Counted from the stretch's first letter, positions 12,240-25,443 are shown. The stretch is 60,267 bases of DNA from Octopus bimaculoides (GCF_001194135.2 NC_068998.1:31748033-31808299); one strand, 5' to 3'. Program-made: numbers and translations. Notes: generated from the letters alone by a model not told the origin.

Positions 12240-12660
12240 AAAGCAAACATGCTCCACTGGATGTGGGTATGAACAATGAAGTGCGAATATGTTTAGAGAA
12301 AAACTGGATTTAAGAGGAATTCATTATAGTGTACAAAAAAGAACACTGTACCTGTATGGACATGTGATATGCATGTATGAGAAAGACAGCTGTACAAAGA
12401 AATACCAGCCACTTAAGGATGATGAACTTATAGAAGACTGAGATCTAGAAAGACATAGAACAAAATACGGGAGTTTAATCTCAGGATTTTGAGCATCATG
12501 GAGATAACAAAAAGCAAAGATGATTGTTGGTATGCAGTGCTTGAGAAAATCCATCCATCACATTGAAACTGAGCTTCTCGAAGCATAATGTGCATGAACA
12601 CAACTAAGCCTCTCGTCCAACACATCCCTGTGAAGTCATAGCCTGCTACACCTCTTTCTT
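12240..12660 (+). mobile_element. RTE-clade LINE 3' fragment
   Basis: Translates to KLDLRGIHYSVQKRTLYLYGHVICMYEKDSC (RLRWYGHV-like); 3' sequence matches the reverse complement of about 47560-47900. Confidence 0.7.
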
Positions 12661-14364
12661 TTCATCTCCCTGTCAATCATTTTGCCATCACTATTCTAAA
12701 TACTGCATTCAATGATTAAACAGTTGGTGTTCATTAAAATACATTTCAGTTAAAAAATTTAATAGAGTCTGCAGACAGAATTTTATATTTTTTCTTATAT
12801 AAATGCTTGTTTTCAAACTGATGGCTGTTTTGGTCCAAGCATTGCAGATAATGTGAATCAATGGAATTGCCAGCACCAAGAAACTCTTCGTTTGGTATTT
12901 GTGTGCATTGTCATTCTCTTAAGTGCATTCTCTAATGCCTTCGATTAGTTGATTTTGTTCTGTTAACCTCCATAAAACAATATGTATTTGCAGAATAGTG
13001 TATTTCTATTTCATTCAGATGAAGCATATAAAAGAAATAAATAATCTTCATCTCCATGGCTTTGAAGTTGATGAAAGCAGACCAATGGAGGCAACTGGGG
13101 CATATGGTCACATACTGTCATGCGGGAATAGAAGTCTTGATGTTTTGGAATGATGTCTTTTCACCTAGACACACACCATGTTAGATGGCACTGTGATGTC
13201 TGGAGCTCCTTTCAACCACTTCAGCAATCTTTTGCATTCTCATACGAGTTCTGTTGCCTTCGCTTAGTTATACCACCGGGTATATTGCTTGAGAATGAGT
13301 GAGTGAGCCTAATGTGCACACAGCTCTTTTGTACTTTAAAAAAATTGTTGTACTAGTGTCTAGTGAGTAAGACATAATCGCATGACCTCCAACTAAGGGT
13401 CAAATAGTGTTGTTTTGGTAGCTGGTGATTCTACATGCCTGTGACTATGTGTATACACATATACATATATGCATACATTGGTTTTCACTTTTTCTTCCAT
13501 TGCACACTCATGGCCATATAAAAGATATTTGTTTGTTGAGAGAGTAGTGCTATATAAAGAACAAAAGTAGTACTCTTTCTGCATACTACTATTCCATATC
13601 ATTAAAACAAACTTTCTGAAAGCTAATTCTAACTTTCTTAATACACCATTGCATGGGTCTTTAGCATTTTTCTACATTTATACTATTTTAGCATATTTTA
13701 ATTATTAATCTTTTTTTAGTTTGGTGTGCTTTGATTTTATTTTTTTCAAATTATTTGATTTTGCTATAAAGACTAAGTCACTTTTTTTTCCATCACTCTG
13801 TCTTTTCCACAAGTTTCGCTATTCTTTCATTTGATATGAGAATGATTTCTGTTTTTGGTACAAAGCCACAAATTTTGGGAACAAATTGACCTTAAGATTC
13901 ATCCTAAATGGATAAAAGCTAAACTCAGCAGGGTTTTTACTCAATAGTATAACTAAATAAATCAAATCATTTTGTCTGTGGCATGACTCTGTATTTAAGA
14001 TGTTCACTTTGCAAAAATGTGATTTTAAGTTTGATCCAATTGTGTATCATCTTGGATAAGAATCTTCTACCATAGTTTAGAGTTGACTAAAGCTTTATGA
14101 GTGAAATTTAGTAGATTGAAACTGTGGAAGCCAGTTGGATTGATTGTTTCTTTACTTGGGTAATAATCTAAATTTGTTGCTTGGTTTACTACAACCAATT
14201 GGTTCCATTAGCAGTGTCCACTTTGTAGCAAGTGTTTAGACTGAGTCGTTGGTAGCAGAAAACTTAGCTCACTTCCTCCTACCAGTCCTGGAAAACTGAG
14301 AAAAGTTATGGATGTCTCAATTATTTCTAGTAATCCATTCCTAACATGGGAACAAAATTACATT

Positions 14365-14490
14365 TTTGTGGGAGGGGAGAAACCAATTATATATATCAAC
14401 CTCTGTACTTAGCTGATACTTAATCTATACTTAAATTATTGCTTAATCCAGTGACCCTGAAAGGATGAAAGACAAAAGTAAGCTTGCAGA
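14365..14490 (-). mobile_element. SINE family C fragment
   Basis: ctgatacttaatc...ccctgaaaggatgaaagacaaaag. Confidence 0.6.
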
Positions 14491-14569
14491 AAGCTTTTTT
14501 GTGTGATGCTTGATGGATAACAATCTCCATCTATTTCTATATCAATGTATATTTTTTCAATCAGTGGTC

Positions 14570-14775
14570 CATTTGGATTATACTAGTTTTACTCCTTAGA
14601 TTCTGGCCATTCAAGAGCTTAATCAATTATATTGATTTTAGGACTTCGGACTGGAAATTATTTTGTAGTCCTAGGAAGGATGAAAGGAAATTCAATCTAC
14701 GTAGAAACTGAACTCAGAAGATAATGTGGCGTAACTAAATAAAATAAAGTCTTTTGTAATAGGCTCTAATAATTC
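14570..14775 (-). mobile_element. SINE family C-like fragment
   Basis: cctaggaaggatgaaaggaaattcaatctacgtagaaactgaactcagaag resembles the reverse complement of the family C core. Confidence 0.55.
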
Positions 14776-14789
14776 TTCAATATCCTGTG

Positions 14790-15285
14790 TATATTTATGT
14801 TTCTCTCTTTCTCTTGCTTCTTTCCTTTTTCTTCAAATATTTCATGCATTTTCTGTATATATCTTCCTCTCCATTTAGCTCTATTTCTTTCTCTTTCTTT
14901 CTCTCTCTTTCTTCTTTCTCTTCTGCTTTATGATGTTATGATAGTGCATATTTTTCTTTTCTCTTCCCTATTTCTCTCTCTCCCCTTCTTCATAGTTCAT
15001 TCTGTTCCCCATTTCTTTATGTCTATGTACATTTGATCTTTACTATCACTATTTCTCCCTCTTACTATCTTCATTTATCCCTCAACTGAGTGTGCTTGTT
15101 CATTTATTTCTCTCTGCCTGCTTCCTCCTTCCCACCACCACCACACACAGACACACACACACATGCATACACAGACACAGACACGCACACACACACACAC
15201 AGACACACACAGTCTCACACAGTCTCACACACACACACACACACACACAGTCTCTCTCTCACACACACACACACATCCCTCATCT
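14790..15285. repeat. Pyrimidine-rich low complexity followed by (CA)n/(CACAGA) tracts
   Basis: Seen directly. Confidence 0.85.
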
Positions 15286-15980
15286 TTCTATATTTCAATC
15301 CATTTTTATCTATCAACACATGATAATTACCTGTTCTTCTTAGAAGCTCACCAAGCTTCAAAAGAATCATCCTTTAACTTAATTGTAAGTTAATATTTCA
15401 CAAGTTTCACTGAGAAGGAAATGCACTACTTGATAGTCTTTATAAGTAATTTGATATTAGGGTGCAAGAATAACTTACAGCGGTCAATGTTATTAACATT
15501 TGGTACCAACCATTAGTCAAGAAACCATACTGATAAAGCATATTGAGAACAAGATTTGTTTGACATATTCAGTGCTGTTTAATATACTATATTTCTGACC
15601 ATAAAGTTATAAATTTAGACCTTACTATTTCTACAGTTTTTGTTTTTCATTTTTAACATAATTTTACTTCTTTGGATCACTCTTTAACTGACACAGACCA
15701 ACAATCAGATTCTTTTGATTCTGGATTCCATACTTCCACAGCTATTATGCAACAAAGTAAGGCACATAACTATAAAAAAAATGTGGTTGGCATTACCTCT
15801 GCTTTGCATTCAAGTAGTTAGTGGTAGAAAAGGTATTTAACTATAAACCATTACCCCAAACATAGATCACTTATGCATGTTTCAAAAATATGGTTGTATA
15901 ACAGTAAAAGAAAAGACAATAAAAAGAAATCAATTAGCATCCTAATATTTAGTCTGTGATTTGGTTTTGATATTCTATAA

Positions 15981-16018
15981 TAGAACATAGAACATAGAAC
16001 ATAGAACATAGAACATAG
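15981..16018. repeat. 7-bp tandem repeat (AGAACAT)n, about 5 copies
   Basis: tagaacatagaacatagaacatagaacatagaacatag. Confidence 0.95.
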
Positions 16019-16214
16019 TATAAGATAGATGCTTAACTGCTTGTGCCTGCGCAAACAATTGAATATGATAAAATCACATTTCCCACAATGCACTCCTCAA
16101 GTATATCTGTTGTTATTTAACTTCAGATATAATATATTTGAGGGATAGTAGGGAAGTTGCTTCTGTCAAATCTAATTGCTTATGTATTTGTGGTTATTTA
16201 ACAGCAAATCACGT

Positions 16215-16385
16215 AAGCAAGCTGGTAGAGTTAGATTTACATCTTGTGCTCAAACCCTGCTGAGGTCAATTTTGCCATTCATTATTTTGGAGCCAATAAA
16301 ATAAAGTATAAACACTGGGGCAATGATTCTGAATAGCTACTGCTCCTCAAAGTTGCTAGTCTTCTGCCTAATTTAGAAGCTATTT
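16215..16385 (+). mobile_element. SINE family C (decayed)
   Basis: ctcaaaccctgctgaggtcaattttgccattcatt...caataaaataaagta...aacactgggg. Confidence 0.6.
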
Positions 16386-16820
16386 AACTTCAAATCAGCT
16401 TTGGCCAAATTTTCAAACTGACTCCTTTGTATATTTTCAAGGAATTATTTTGTGATGGTTGGGTATAATGTGAGGGAAATGTGTCTGCTTTTTCTAACTG
16501 TTTAAGAGACTATGTACAAATTTCTTCTTTCTCCTTCAAGTGTTCATAAAATAGATACTATTAATAGTCGGTTTTCAAACCAATTTGCCTTATCTCCCAC
16601 TCTGTACCATAGAGAATAAAGAAAATTCTATCATTTATATTGGCTAAATTAACTTTTAGTGTCCTAATAAATCATGTTTTTGTTTTCCTTAATTAATTTT
16701 GATTGCTTAATTTTAATATTTTAGTTGTATTTTATTTCACTATTTGAATAGTATATCTTTGTGGTTATAAAATAAAGGTAATTAATTTTTCTTTTATTTT
16801 CTCTCTTTCATGTGCTCGAG

Positions 16821-16861
<41 letters not shown>

Positions 16862-17427
16862 TGTGTGTGTGTGTGTGTGTGTTTCTCTTAGAGATATTAT
16901 AATTTGTGAAAGGTTAAACTTCTGTTCCATTCAATCAAATCAACATGTTTAGTGCAGCAACCATATCAATTTTGTTCTTTGACAGATAAAGCTATGTAGT
17001 TAACTCTAATGGCCTCTGTTTCTTTAAATTTCTTTATGCATTATAGAGAGAAATGGTAAACTGTATAAATCAAGGACCAGAAAAACTTCTAAATTAGTTA
17101 TTTGAAACTTCTTATAAATGTAGGATCAATTTTTGAGAACAAAAGTATTGCCCACACACACTAAAGATTTTAAATACTATTTTAATTATTTTAACAATAA
17201 ATAATGCTATAGATAAAAATGAAATTGCAGTGCAATAATTAAGGTCATCTAAAATAAATACCCTTCCCAAATAGTATTTTGATATATTTAACACATGTTC
17301 AGGGTAGAGAAGCTGTCTAATTTAAGAAGGTTTGGTTGCTGTATAGTTTGATAATGTGGAAGTGTTTGTACATGTGTTTATGTACTGAAATGTACACTTA
17401 GATACCTAGGTGAACAAATACGTGTGT

Positions 17428-17464
<37 letters not shown>

Positions 17465-17694
17465 CATATGAGTGCAGATACTTGGGTTTAGTGTAGTATG
17501 CATGAGCGCAATGAGAAACAGTATGTGGGATGATCAATACAAGCATTTGATAGGATTAGGAGGTTGAATGATACACACCTGTTGCTCACCACACACAGCA
17601 AAGATTGAACTATGTCGGGGAGCAGAATATTTGAAGCTGATATTATAGACTTGTTAATATGCTGATATTTTTGCTATTATCATTATTATTTACA

Positions 17695-17812
17695 TTCCGC
17701 CGAGGTCGTCTTTGGGGTCGATAAATTAAGTACCAGTTGCATATTGGGGTCAATCTAATCGACTGCCCACCAAATTTCAGGCCTTGTGCCTATAGCAGAA
17801 AGGATCATTATT
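17695..17812 (+). mobile_element. SINE family C, 5'-truncated with internal deletion
   Basis: ttccgccgaggtcg...ggggtcgataaattaagtaccagttgcatattggggtcaatctaatcgact. Confidence 0.8.
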
Positions 17813-17874
17813 ATTTACATTATTGTTGTTTTGTTTTATACAAACTGTTCCAACTTTCACCCAGTTACCTCAAG

Positions 17875-20740
17875 TAACAGCAAGTTGTTATTTAGTTTGT
17901 CAACAATGACCAAGGACATCACATGGCAGAAGACAGGGCACAGTGCATTTAGCTGTGGCCAATCAATTCAATATGTGCTTGAAAGGCTCTGTTCAAAGTT
18001 GGCCACTGGTGATCTGCAGGGACTGAAGGCAAGGAGTTAGTTCTGAATTTGTGCAGTTCACATTTGAGCATCTGCAATTCTGTTCTGTTTGTATGAGGTG
18101 GCCCCTCTGTTAGGCAAGATGGTTTCGTATTTGCATTTCCCAGATGTTGGAGCTGATCTCAAAGCTCTTCAATGAGGCTTAGAGTGTGCCCTTGAAGAGC
18201 TTTTCTGTCAACCTTGCATGCACTTACCTTCCACCAATTTGCTGTAAAACAGTATTCTGGGGAGTCATGCATTCAAATAAGGTGGCCTTCCATCTGATTT
18301 GTGCTCTCCTCAGCAGTGTGTAAATGTTTGACTAATCAGCTTGAAAAGGACGTCCATATCTGAGACCTTGTCTTGCCAGGTGATTTTCAACAGCTTTCTT
18401 AGGCAGTTCATGTGGATGTGGTCTCGCAGGTGTACAGTAGGTAGCATAGGCAGTACAACTGCATGGTACACCTTCAACTTGGTGGCCAGCCTAATGCCTC
18501 TTGTCTTCCAGACTGATTCACATAGCCACCTGAATGCTGAGCTTCCCTTGGTTGTGCATGTGTCAACTCCACCGTCAATGTTCATGGATCTGGAGAGTGT
18601 GTTGCTGAGGTGCATGAACTTATCAACAACCTTCAGAGTTTCCCCATCAACAGTTAAAGTTGGTTCCAAATATGACTTCTACAGAGCAGGTTCGTGCATG
18701 ACCTCTGTCTTCTGAGTGCTGATTGTAAGGCCAAAGTTTTTGCAAGCAGTGGAAAATCAGTTCATGCTCTTCTGCATCTGGACCTCTGTGATGGTATTGA
18801 GTACTTCTGTATCTCAGCCACCTTGTCACTTAGTCAGGAATCCTTCATCTCACTGAGCTCTACTTGCACTTTGCTTTTGGTGGTGTAGGCTGCTTTTTTA
18901 GAAGCCAATGTACTCTCTTGCTGAGAGATTTTGCAGGCTTCATGCTTCTCATGAAGCAGCTTCAGAATTTCTTCATAGTTGTCATTGAACCAGCCTTGGC
19001 ATCTATGCATGTTCTGGCTCAGATGAATGAGTGTAGTGTTGTACACCACGTCTCTGACCACCATCCAATCCTCTTCTGTTCCCTTTTTACTAATGTCAAG
19101 TTGGTTCAACTTACTGTCCAGGTCCTTGCTGTGGCTCTGTTTCACATCCGAATTTGCTGACGTTTAGTTGCTTGTTTGCTGGCTTTCTTTGTGGTCACTG
19201 TCCTGGCTGGATGTGCATGTTGAGGTTTGCAAGGATGAGTCTATTGTCTGTTTAGCATTTTGCATCACACATGGCCTTTGTCACCCTAACAACCCACCTG
19301 TTCCATCTCCTGACTATGATGTAGTCAACTGGACACCAATGTTTGCTGTGTGGATGCATCCAGGACATCTTTTTTGTGGTTGAGCAGTAGATGAGCAGGA
19401 GATGACCATTGCAGTTGTTCTTGCCAACTCCATTTCACCCAATGGCTACCTCCCCTAGCATTGAATTCACTGAGAATGATGATCTTGTCTTTTGGCACAG
19501 CTGCTATGAGGGCTTCCAAGTCTTCATAAAACTTGTCTTTGACCTCCTCAGGGTTTGTCATGGTGGGGGCATAGACTCTGATGATGGTGGATTGGTGTTT
19601 TCCTCTGAGAGGGAGCCACAGAGACGTCAGACTGTCATTCAGACTGGTTAACTTGATGATCTTAATAAATTTGATGGCAAAGCCCACTTATGATTCACGA
19701 TGTTCATCACTAATGCTGCTACTCCAGAAGAAAGTGTGACTTATTTTGACTTCTGTCAGCTGACCTTTATCTGCAAGTCTGGACTCACTCAGAGTTACAA
19801 TGTAGATGTTGTATCTGCCAAGTTTTCTTATAACAAGCGTTGTCCATCTTTCAAGTCTGTTTGTTTTAGAGCTGTCCATGAACATTTGCACATTCCATGT
19901 GCCAATGGTGAGCGCTGTCACCAATGTTTTTTCCCTGGTAGTTCAACTGTATAATTGAGGGCCCCACCTGCCATGGTATGCAGGCCAGGGAGAAGTGAGG
20001 CAGACTGTTTAGAACACCTTTTCTAGCCCCTTCCTCAGGATATGAAGGTGAGAAGAGTAATCCTAAAGAGGGATGCTCAGATATCCAAAGAGCTGCTAAG
20101 CTCCCTGGGGAACAACCTATACCCTGGGTTGCTGCTTCAGTCAATGGGAAACAACCCTATACCCTGGACTGACTCATGTTGGTTTGTGACTACAGCTTCC
20201 AGTGCACTCATACTTACTGCTTTGTCATTCATCCAATACCACAGGACATGAAGGTGAGTCTGGGATGGTGTGATGTCTTGACTTGTTCATGACATGGATT
20301 AAAGTGAGGGAGGGTTGTACAACGTCATCTGCTTCACTTCCTATCTGATACCAGTGGGAGGACAATGGCAAGAGGATTTGAGATAAGTCAGGATGCAATG
20401 GATGGCTGCAGTGTCCTTCATGTCTCACTTTGCCCTGTAGATGCTCTCCAACGCTTGCTTGTTCATCCTCCTTCCAATCCTCTGTTCAGACCAGGTCCAG
20501 TCTTCACATGTATAGGAAGGCAAGCCTTAATTCACTGAAGGTTTGAAAGTCATCACCATGATTTAGCTAGCCTGTGGAGGCTGTTTCATGTAGACAGCTT
20601 TGAGGAGCCACAAGTGAGAGTCAGGTGTCAGGTGAGGGAAGAGTGGCTGAGCTACTATGAAGAGTATGTTCCCTGTCAAAGGCACTCCCCCATCAAGACA
20701 CCTTGATAAGCAATGATATAGTGTACATGGAAGAGGTCGG
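17875..20740 (-). mobile_element. RTE (BovB-like) LINE with 5' region, APE domain and 3' end, but RT core deleted (junction about 18790)
   Basis: LTIGTWNVQ...LGRYNIYIVTLSESRL (19688-19924) and IIRVYAPTMTNPEEVKDKFYEDL (19325-19687) are APE motifs; CQGWFNDN (18834-19145); the RT C-terminus EPTLTVDGETLKVVDKF..LATKLKVYHAVVL (18310-18669) follows almost directly. Confidence 0.9.
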
Positions 20741-20883
20741 AATCTGAGAACAAACATTCAGTTAAATTTGTAATAGTTTGGTTTTGATAGAGTTTTAAGA
20801 GACTCAGGTGTTTTCAAGTTGACAATATTTGTAGCTCTGATGCTTTAGGGATTCCTAGTAGTTTGCCCTAGTGTTTAAGAGTC

Positions 20884-20884
<1 letters not shown>

Positions 20885-20941
<57 letters not shown>
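20885..20941. repeat. (ATT)n microsatellite
   Basis: Seen directly. Confidence 0.98.
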
Positions 20942-20944
<3 letters not shown>

Positions 20945-21831
20945 TGCCATCACTGTGGCTTGTGTTGTTGCCAATGCTGTTGTTGTCCTCATCAATGTAC
21001 ATAGCTCTGTGGTTATCTCTTTTCCTACTTTCCTCTTTGTAGTGTATGTATATGAATGATGGTCTGTGTGTACAAATGTGTGTCTGTGAGATTGTTATAG
21101 TAAAAAATTTTGTAATTAAAATAACAAAGGCAATTCTTTTCAATTGACAAGGAAGACAATTTAATTGTAATGGAAAATATTTTTGAAATGAAGATAAAAT
21201 GTTTAGCACTTATTTTTTTACAAATTTTCTTGTTTAGTATTCAACAATGAATAACTTAGCTGCTCTTTATGTCATATGACATTTACTCCCACTCTTTCTG
21301 TCTAGTTATCTAACTGTTACACAAGGAGTCTCAGAAGAGTAACTTTGTTTTCAATTTTTTAATATTATGAGTATAAACTATAAAATGAAGAGAAAATGTA
21401 TTTTTTACAATAATGTGTATACCAAGTTACATACACTGTATAAGTGGATATATGTGCTATTTCAAACCTTTTATTTGTTAGTCTGTTACACACACCAACT
21501 CATATATTTCATTTCAAACATACATATATGTTTTTATCTGCCCTTTGTTTTCCTCTTCTGTCTCTACAATTTTTTCTCCTCTTCTGTCTCTATAATTTTT
21601 TCTCTCTTACTGAGTATACTTAGCATTCTTCACTCATTCCTGCACATCAAACACTCATGCTCTATTGCTTATGATAAATCTTTCTGTGTCTCTCTTTTAC
21701 TTTCTGTCCTATCTTTATACAATTTAAAGCATAACCATAGAAATCAATCTACCAAACCAATCAACCAGCCAACCAACCAACCAACCAACATACATTTATA
21801 TATATCAGCTATTATAAGCATACATACATAC

Positions 21832-22515
21832 AATGTGATAAATGATGCAGAGTCTGTAAGGTTAGCACTAAAGATATCACCCACGTCATAAGCAGTTGTA
21901 TAAAGAGATCTGTCAGAATGATAATCCTGAGGCCAAAGAAATAAGAACCCACAGTATGGTAGAGGCCGTAGCCGCTCATAATGAGTACTGGTGGAATGTG
22001 CTCCCCATGGAAACCTCAGGAAAATGTAAACATAATAGACCTGACATGGTGATTTGGGACAGAGAAGAGAAACTGTGTACAGTGGTGGAAATCAGCTGCC
22101 CAGCAGATGTTAATATAAAGCTAAAGATCAGTGAAAAAGAAAATACCTATGCTGAACTATTGTGAAATCTACAGCTGCTATACCAAAATTACAAGCTCAG
22201 GTTTATACCTGTAATTATTGGGGCACTGGGATATGCAACACATTGCCTAAGTACCAATCTTGAGGAATTAGGCTTCTCAAAACCAGAAAGGAGAAAGCAG
22301 ATTCGATGACATGCAACTATATGCATGAGAATACATACATAAAACAAAACATACAAATCTGCACATGCGCTGACTCCAAATACTGCACATATATACACAT
22401 ACATGCAAAAATACCCTGTTAATGTTGTTGAACTTCCAACGAGGGAGCCTTAGATCTAGGTTAGAAACTGGCTCCTTCTCTATTGGGAAGAAACCTTGAA
22501 ATAAAACTGAATAAT
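21832..22515 (+). mobile_element. R4/Dong-like retrotransposon 3' end: CCHC knuckle, restriction-like endonuclease and 3' UTR
   Basis: CRVCKVSTKDITHVISSC, then HNRPDMVIWDREEKLCTVVEISCPAD (RPD...E-x-x-x-P) and FIPVIIGALG; ends aaataaaactgaataat like the copy ending near 41766. Confidence 0.88.
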
Positions 22516-22719
22516 GACATACATACATACATACATACATACATACATTACATACACATATTAATACCTCAATCTGCATAGTATCTGTCTAAGGAATTCC
22601 ACAGTTATTCTAAAGGACACTGGTCTAAACTGTAGCACATGCTTTACTCAGGGGAGCCAGAAAGGAATTAAATAATATCATATGTAATGATGCCAGTGGT
22701 ACCCGTCCTAGATATCGAA

Positions 22720-23330
22720 GTAATGACTAGAATAGTATACAGAGGATTTGTGACAAAGCAAATAGAGTGAACACATGAAACAGAGTTGATACATATCATG
22801 GAGTGATGTTTGTTGAGGCTACACCACATGGGGAATTAGCTCATAGATTTAGAAAGGCTCTGAACGACACCGACTTCAACATTAAGATTGCTGAGAAGCC
22901 AGGGAGATCTACCAGGACACAGTTATGTAGGACATATCCCTTCGAAAAGACAACATACACTAATAAGAACTGTGTAGTATGCATGTTTAACCCCACTATT
23001 AACTGTAAAACTAGGAATGTAGGCTATTTCATGAGGTGCATGTAAGGAGTTTGCAAGGAGAGAAATATAGCATACATTGGGGAGACCTCTAGGGGAGGCT
23101 AAACGTACACTGGAGAGAATATAATGACAAGAAACAGTCTTCCATACTCTACCAACATGCTAAAGACTAACATGGCGGCATCCTGGGCTGAATTAACATC
23201 CGCATTTTATCTAAATATCCAAAGGATCCATCACTTAGCCAAATACAAAAGTACGTCCTCATAAATGAAACATTACCCATACTAAATAGGAAATACACGT
23301 AGAAGGCAGGGATACCTCAATGCCACAGAT
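22720..23330 (+). mobile_element. Penelope-like element, linker and GIY-YIG endonuclease, decayed
   Basis: MFVEATPHGEL...KIAEKPG...CVVC...NCKTRNVGY (ORF 22803-23045), followed by AYIGETSR at about 23070. Confidence 0.75.
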
Positions 23331-23384
23331 ACCACTCACACAGCGTATATATATAGGTATATTCATAAGCAGGCAGTCAAGTAC

Positions 23385-23564
23385 GTAAGTAGGTAGGTAG
23401 GTAGGTTTTAAGTGGTTAGGTCAGTTTTATGAATTGTTAGTTACTTAGTTAATTATGTAGATAGGTAGGTAGGTGGGAAAATAGGCAAGCTAATAGGCAG
23501 GTAGGTAGATAGGTAAGTAGATAGGTTTTAGGTTGTTAGGTCAGTTATATGGATTGTTAGTTAC
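23385..23564. repeat. About 120-bp unit tandem repeat rich in GTAG; second unit split by the LTR element and resumes at 25444
   Basis: ggtcagttttatgaattgttagttacttagttaatt...ataggcaagc repeats as ggtcagttatatggattgttagttac | ttagtcaatt...ataggcaagc. Confidence 0.75.
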
Positions 23565-25443
23565 TGTTGTGAAAGGATTCCGACCACCTCCCAAGTGACT
23601 AAAAGTGGACTGACACATTGCTATAAAATAAAGAACTGTGAGCAATTAATAGATGAGCAGTTCACGAAAAGTCGTTGACAGAGATCGTTTAACCTCGTGT
23701 AACAGTAATCGTATTGCATTGTGTGAATATTTTCTTTCCTTCTGCTTCATTAAATTATTTATCCAACACTGGGATATAGAAGTGGCGATGTGTTGTTTGA
23801 AGCTTGCGTTGTATGGTTAGATTTTTTAATGTTTTTGGTATGAAACCAAAGAAAAAATTGTTTTAACATGGAAGACTTATTGGCCTCCGTGGTGCAGTTG
23901 CAACAACAACAGCAACAGCAATACAACAGTAACTACAACAACAAAACAATCACTTGCTGGAAATAATGTTGAAGAAGTCTAAAAATATTTCAAGTTCGTA
24001 ATCGCCAGACAGGTAGCAAACTCAATTGAAGAATTCAGTTATAATCCAGAAGAGATTATTTTCTCTGCATATTTTTGAAGATACAAAATGGTGGTCTACA
24101 TTTTAGAAGTAAATCTTCATTTAAAAATATAAAATGTTTCAAGTATGGAAAGATAGGTCATAAAAAATCACGCTCTAAAACAAGACCTAGAAAATAGTTC
24201 AACTGAAAAAAATCGCGTAAACAGGTTATTGGTGACAAGAAATATGAACGAACCTCAAACGAAATTTGTGTATGTAAAAATTAATAATGCAAACGTAAAG
24301 TTAGAATTGGATACAAGCAGTGATATCTCGATAATTAACACAGATACATGGGGAAAAATCGGTGACCTAGATTAAGGGAAACTTCGAAAATTGCATGTGG
24401 TGTTTCAGGGAAAAAATTACATTTTAGGGGTGAATTGATAAGTGACGTTACTTTTCGTGGAAAAAAACCTTAAAATCCAGTTTTTGTGTTGAATAACACG
24501 ACAAATTTATTCGGAACAGACTGGATGAAATTATTTAACTTATAGGACTTCCCCTAGGAGGTCCTATAAGTTTAACTTATAGGACCTCATCCTAGGTTAG
24601 ATGGACATGTGGAGTGTGTTGTTGACACTTTTAAGAGGGCATTGAAAAAAGCAAACAATGGACGACTTTGCACGTCAATTTCTAAGAGTATACTGAGTTA
24701 CTCCTAATCTGAATACCCCGTCTGAAATGTAACCTGCAGAATTGATGTTCGTTGGAAGGATCAGATCCGTTTTTCATAAGTTGGTACCGAGTGAAAATAG
24801 AAAAAAAAGTAAACCACAAATATACTTCAAAATTCTTCAAATTAGGTGACAATTTAAAAAAAAAAATGATAGATATGGTAAAGAAAGCTGGAAGAACGGT
24901 GTAATTATTAAACAAATTGGAAGAATGTTATTCCTGATAAAAGGAAAAAATGTCGAACATAAAGCCATAGTAACCAACTTAAAAAAGATTCACAGAAAAA
25001 ACTGTCACAAGAAATGAAATCCCCAAGGAAGTATTGTACAACACGTTTGAGATACCAACGCTCAAACAATTTGAAGCTACACGTTCTAGCACCAGAAAAT
25101 GTAAAAGAACAGAAACACTGGGATTGAATCCCAAGCATAAGAGATATTAAGACTTTGAGCAGAGTTTAATTCTCAAAAGGAGAGAAGTTAGGGGAGACTA
25201 ATTTTAAAAAGGGGAGATGTGGAAGGATTCCAACCCCCACCCCACCCACAAGTGACTAAGTGTCTAAAAGTGGACTGACCCATTGCTATAAAATAAAGAA
25301 CTACGAGCAATTGATGAGTACGCAGTTCACTGCGAGCCGTGACTGAGTGTTTAACCGCGTGTAACAGTGAGCGTATTGCATTGTGTGAATACTTTCTTCC
25401 CCACTGCTTCATTAAATTATTTATCGAACGCTAAGATATAAAA
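23565..25443 (+). mobile_element. Gypsy (K02A2.6-like) LTR retrotransposon, internally deleted (RT/RNase H absent); LTRs 23565-23781 and 25218-25443
   Basis: Direct LTRs of about 220 bp; TSD gttac (23560-23564, 25444-25448); PBS gtggcgatg (23782); PPT aaaaggggaga (25207-25217); gag-like VANSIEEFSYNPE, knuckle remnant KCFKYGKIGH, protease LELDTSSDISII and NLFGTDW, integrase C-terminal remnants VDTFKRALKK and PAELMF. Confidence 0.92.

Noticed and set aside
13019-13153. Short ORF after a good acceptor (MKHIKEINNLHLHGFEV...AYGHILSC)
   Set aside because: It stops after 44 codons with no good donor; the xFE and YGHI words resemble a decayed LINE RT C-terminus.
15479-15529. Second possible 51-nt minus-strand exon (YGFLTNGWYQMLITLTA, donor GCT|GTAAGT)
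   Set aside because: The acceptor is weaker and the peptide is unrecognised; such matches are expected by chance in 60 kb.
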